Origin: a virus
Lineage: Duplodnaviria; Caudoviricetes
Virus record (IMG/VR): IMGVR_UViG_3300042402_000779
Span: 1 to 57,337 of that record
Reading direction: 5' to 3' (one strand)
DNA length: 57,337 nucleotides
Shown here in pieces: positions 56,528 through 57,337 of this stretch. The notes below the pieces were generated by a model. It worked only from the letters and a program-made list of their open reading frames with translations, had not been told where the DNA came from and did not search any database. Positions within the stretch are counted from its first letter, which is position 1, and every line of letters begins with the position of its first letter. The position numbers were made by a program, and so were the translations under genes.

Positions 56528-57337
56528 ATGGCAACATGGAAAAGAGTCATAGTATCAGGCGATAATGCTTCATTATTGAGCTTCGCTGGTACTGGTATTT
56601 TGTCTGGGTCTGGCGCTGTGACCGCCGTGAGTGACACGACAACAATTGATTTAACACTATCAAGTGGTACTATTAGTGGTGCTGTAGTATCCGGTTCAAT
56701 TGACCAAGGTCAGTTAGCTACTGCTGCTGTAATAACTGCTAAAATTGCCGATGGTGCTGTTACAAATGCTAAAATTGCATCGTCTTCAGTTGACCAAGGT
56801 CAATTGGCTGCTGGTGCTGTAATAAGTGCTAAAATTGCTGACAACGCTGTAGTAAGTTCTAAAATTGCTGCCGGTAACGTAGTTGCTGCTGCATTGGCTA
56901 CTGATTCTGTAGAGACTGCCAAAATTAAAGATTTAAACGTAACTACTGCTAAGATTGCTGACGCTGCTATTACGAATCTTAAAATCGCATCATCTTCAGT
57001 TCAAAACGGACACCTTGTAGCATCTACTGTTACTATCGGTTCTACTTCAGTAACCCTTGGTACAACGGCTACATCGCTTGCTGGTTTAATAAGTGTAGCT
57101 TCGGCTAACTTCGTTGGTAACTTAACAGGTTCTGCTTCAAATGCTACATCGGCTTCCTTTGCTACATTAGCAATGACCGCTAACTCGGCTACAAGTGCTA
57201 CAAGTGCTACATCGGCTTCTTACGCTAACTTGACAAACGTAAATGGTGATATCACTGTTACTGCTGCTGGTACTGCTACAATTGCTAACTCGGCTGTAAC
57301 TACTGCTAAAATTAACGATAGTGCTATCACGAGTGCT
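56528..57337 (+). CDS. fibre protein with 10-aa repeats, 3'-truncated by the window edge
   Basis: Not in the ORF track (no stop in window); SD TAGGAG, MATWKRVIVSG..., repeats of AVxxAKIADG type at about 56690-57010. Confidence 0.8.
   Translation, partial: MATWKRVIVSGDNASLLSFAGTGILSGSGAVTAVSDTTTIDLTLSSGTISGAVVSGSIDQGQLATAAVITAKIADGAVTNAKIASSSVDQGQLAAGAVISAKIADNAVVSSKIAAGNVVAAALATDSVETAKIKDLNVTTAKIADAAITNLKIASSSVQNGHLVASTVTIGSTSVTLGTTATSLAGLISVASANFVGNLTGSASNATSASFATLAMTANSATSATSATSASYANLTNVNGDITVTAAGTATIANSAVTTAKINDSAITSA

Noticed and set aside
1-57337. Alternative genetic code (stop-codon reassignment)
   Set aside because: Genes are full length under code 11, and TAA, TAG and TGA all end genes at sensible boundaries.
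1-57337. tRNA genes, integrase, transposase or a diversity-generating retroelement
   Set aside because: Intergenic gaps are short with no cloverleaf recognised by eye, and no recombinase or reverse transcriptase motifs were found in the window.

Overview
A gene-dense 57 kb segment of a large T4-like (myovirus-type) dsDNA phage genome, with all credible genes on the + strand. The host is most likely a Bacteroidota bacterium, inferred from TTTG-N19/20-TAnnTTTG-type promoters and a bS21 gene inside the head cluster. In order the window holds: an RNA-repair trio (phosphoesterase, P-loop kinase, RNA ligase), UvsE, ClpP, an HD hydrolase and a gp55-like late sigma; baseplate and tail genes (gp5/gpV-, gp25- and gp6-like); endonuclease I, a primase and a fused Mre11-Rad50; a tail fibre and a nucleotidyltransferase/ligase-like fusion; mosaic putative head-internal proteins and a spanin-like pair; then terminase, portal, prohead protease, bS21, scaffold, major capsid protein, PhoH and cadherin/fibre proteins. 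Four signals stand out. (1) Most late structural genes carry Shine-Dalgarno motifs while early/replication genes do not, alongside a phage bS21 that appears to lack the residue used in Bacteroidota to sequester the anti-SD, suggesting a translational switch. (2) Putative head-packaged polyproteins are built from small modules joined at a recurrent 15-nt repeat, GAATCAGTAAACGAA (ESVNE, resembling a prohead-protease site). (3) A candidate late promoter TA(T/C)TTAT occurs in 16 upstream/intergenic positions. (4) An [ST]-[GAS]-S motif is pervasive in exterior virion proteins. All functional calls come from motif recognition by eye; no database searches were run.
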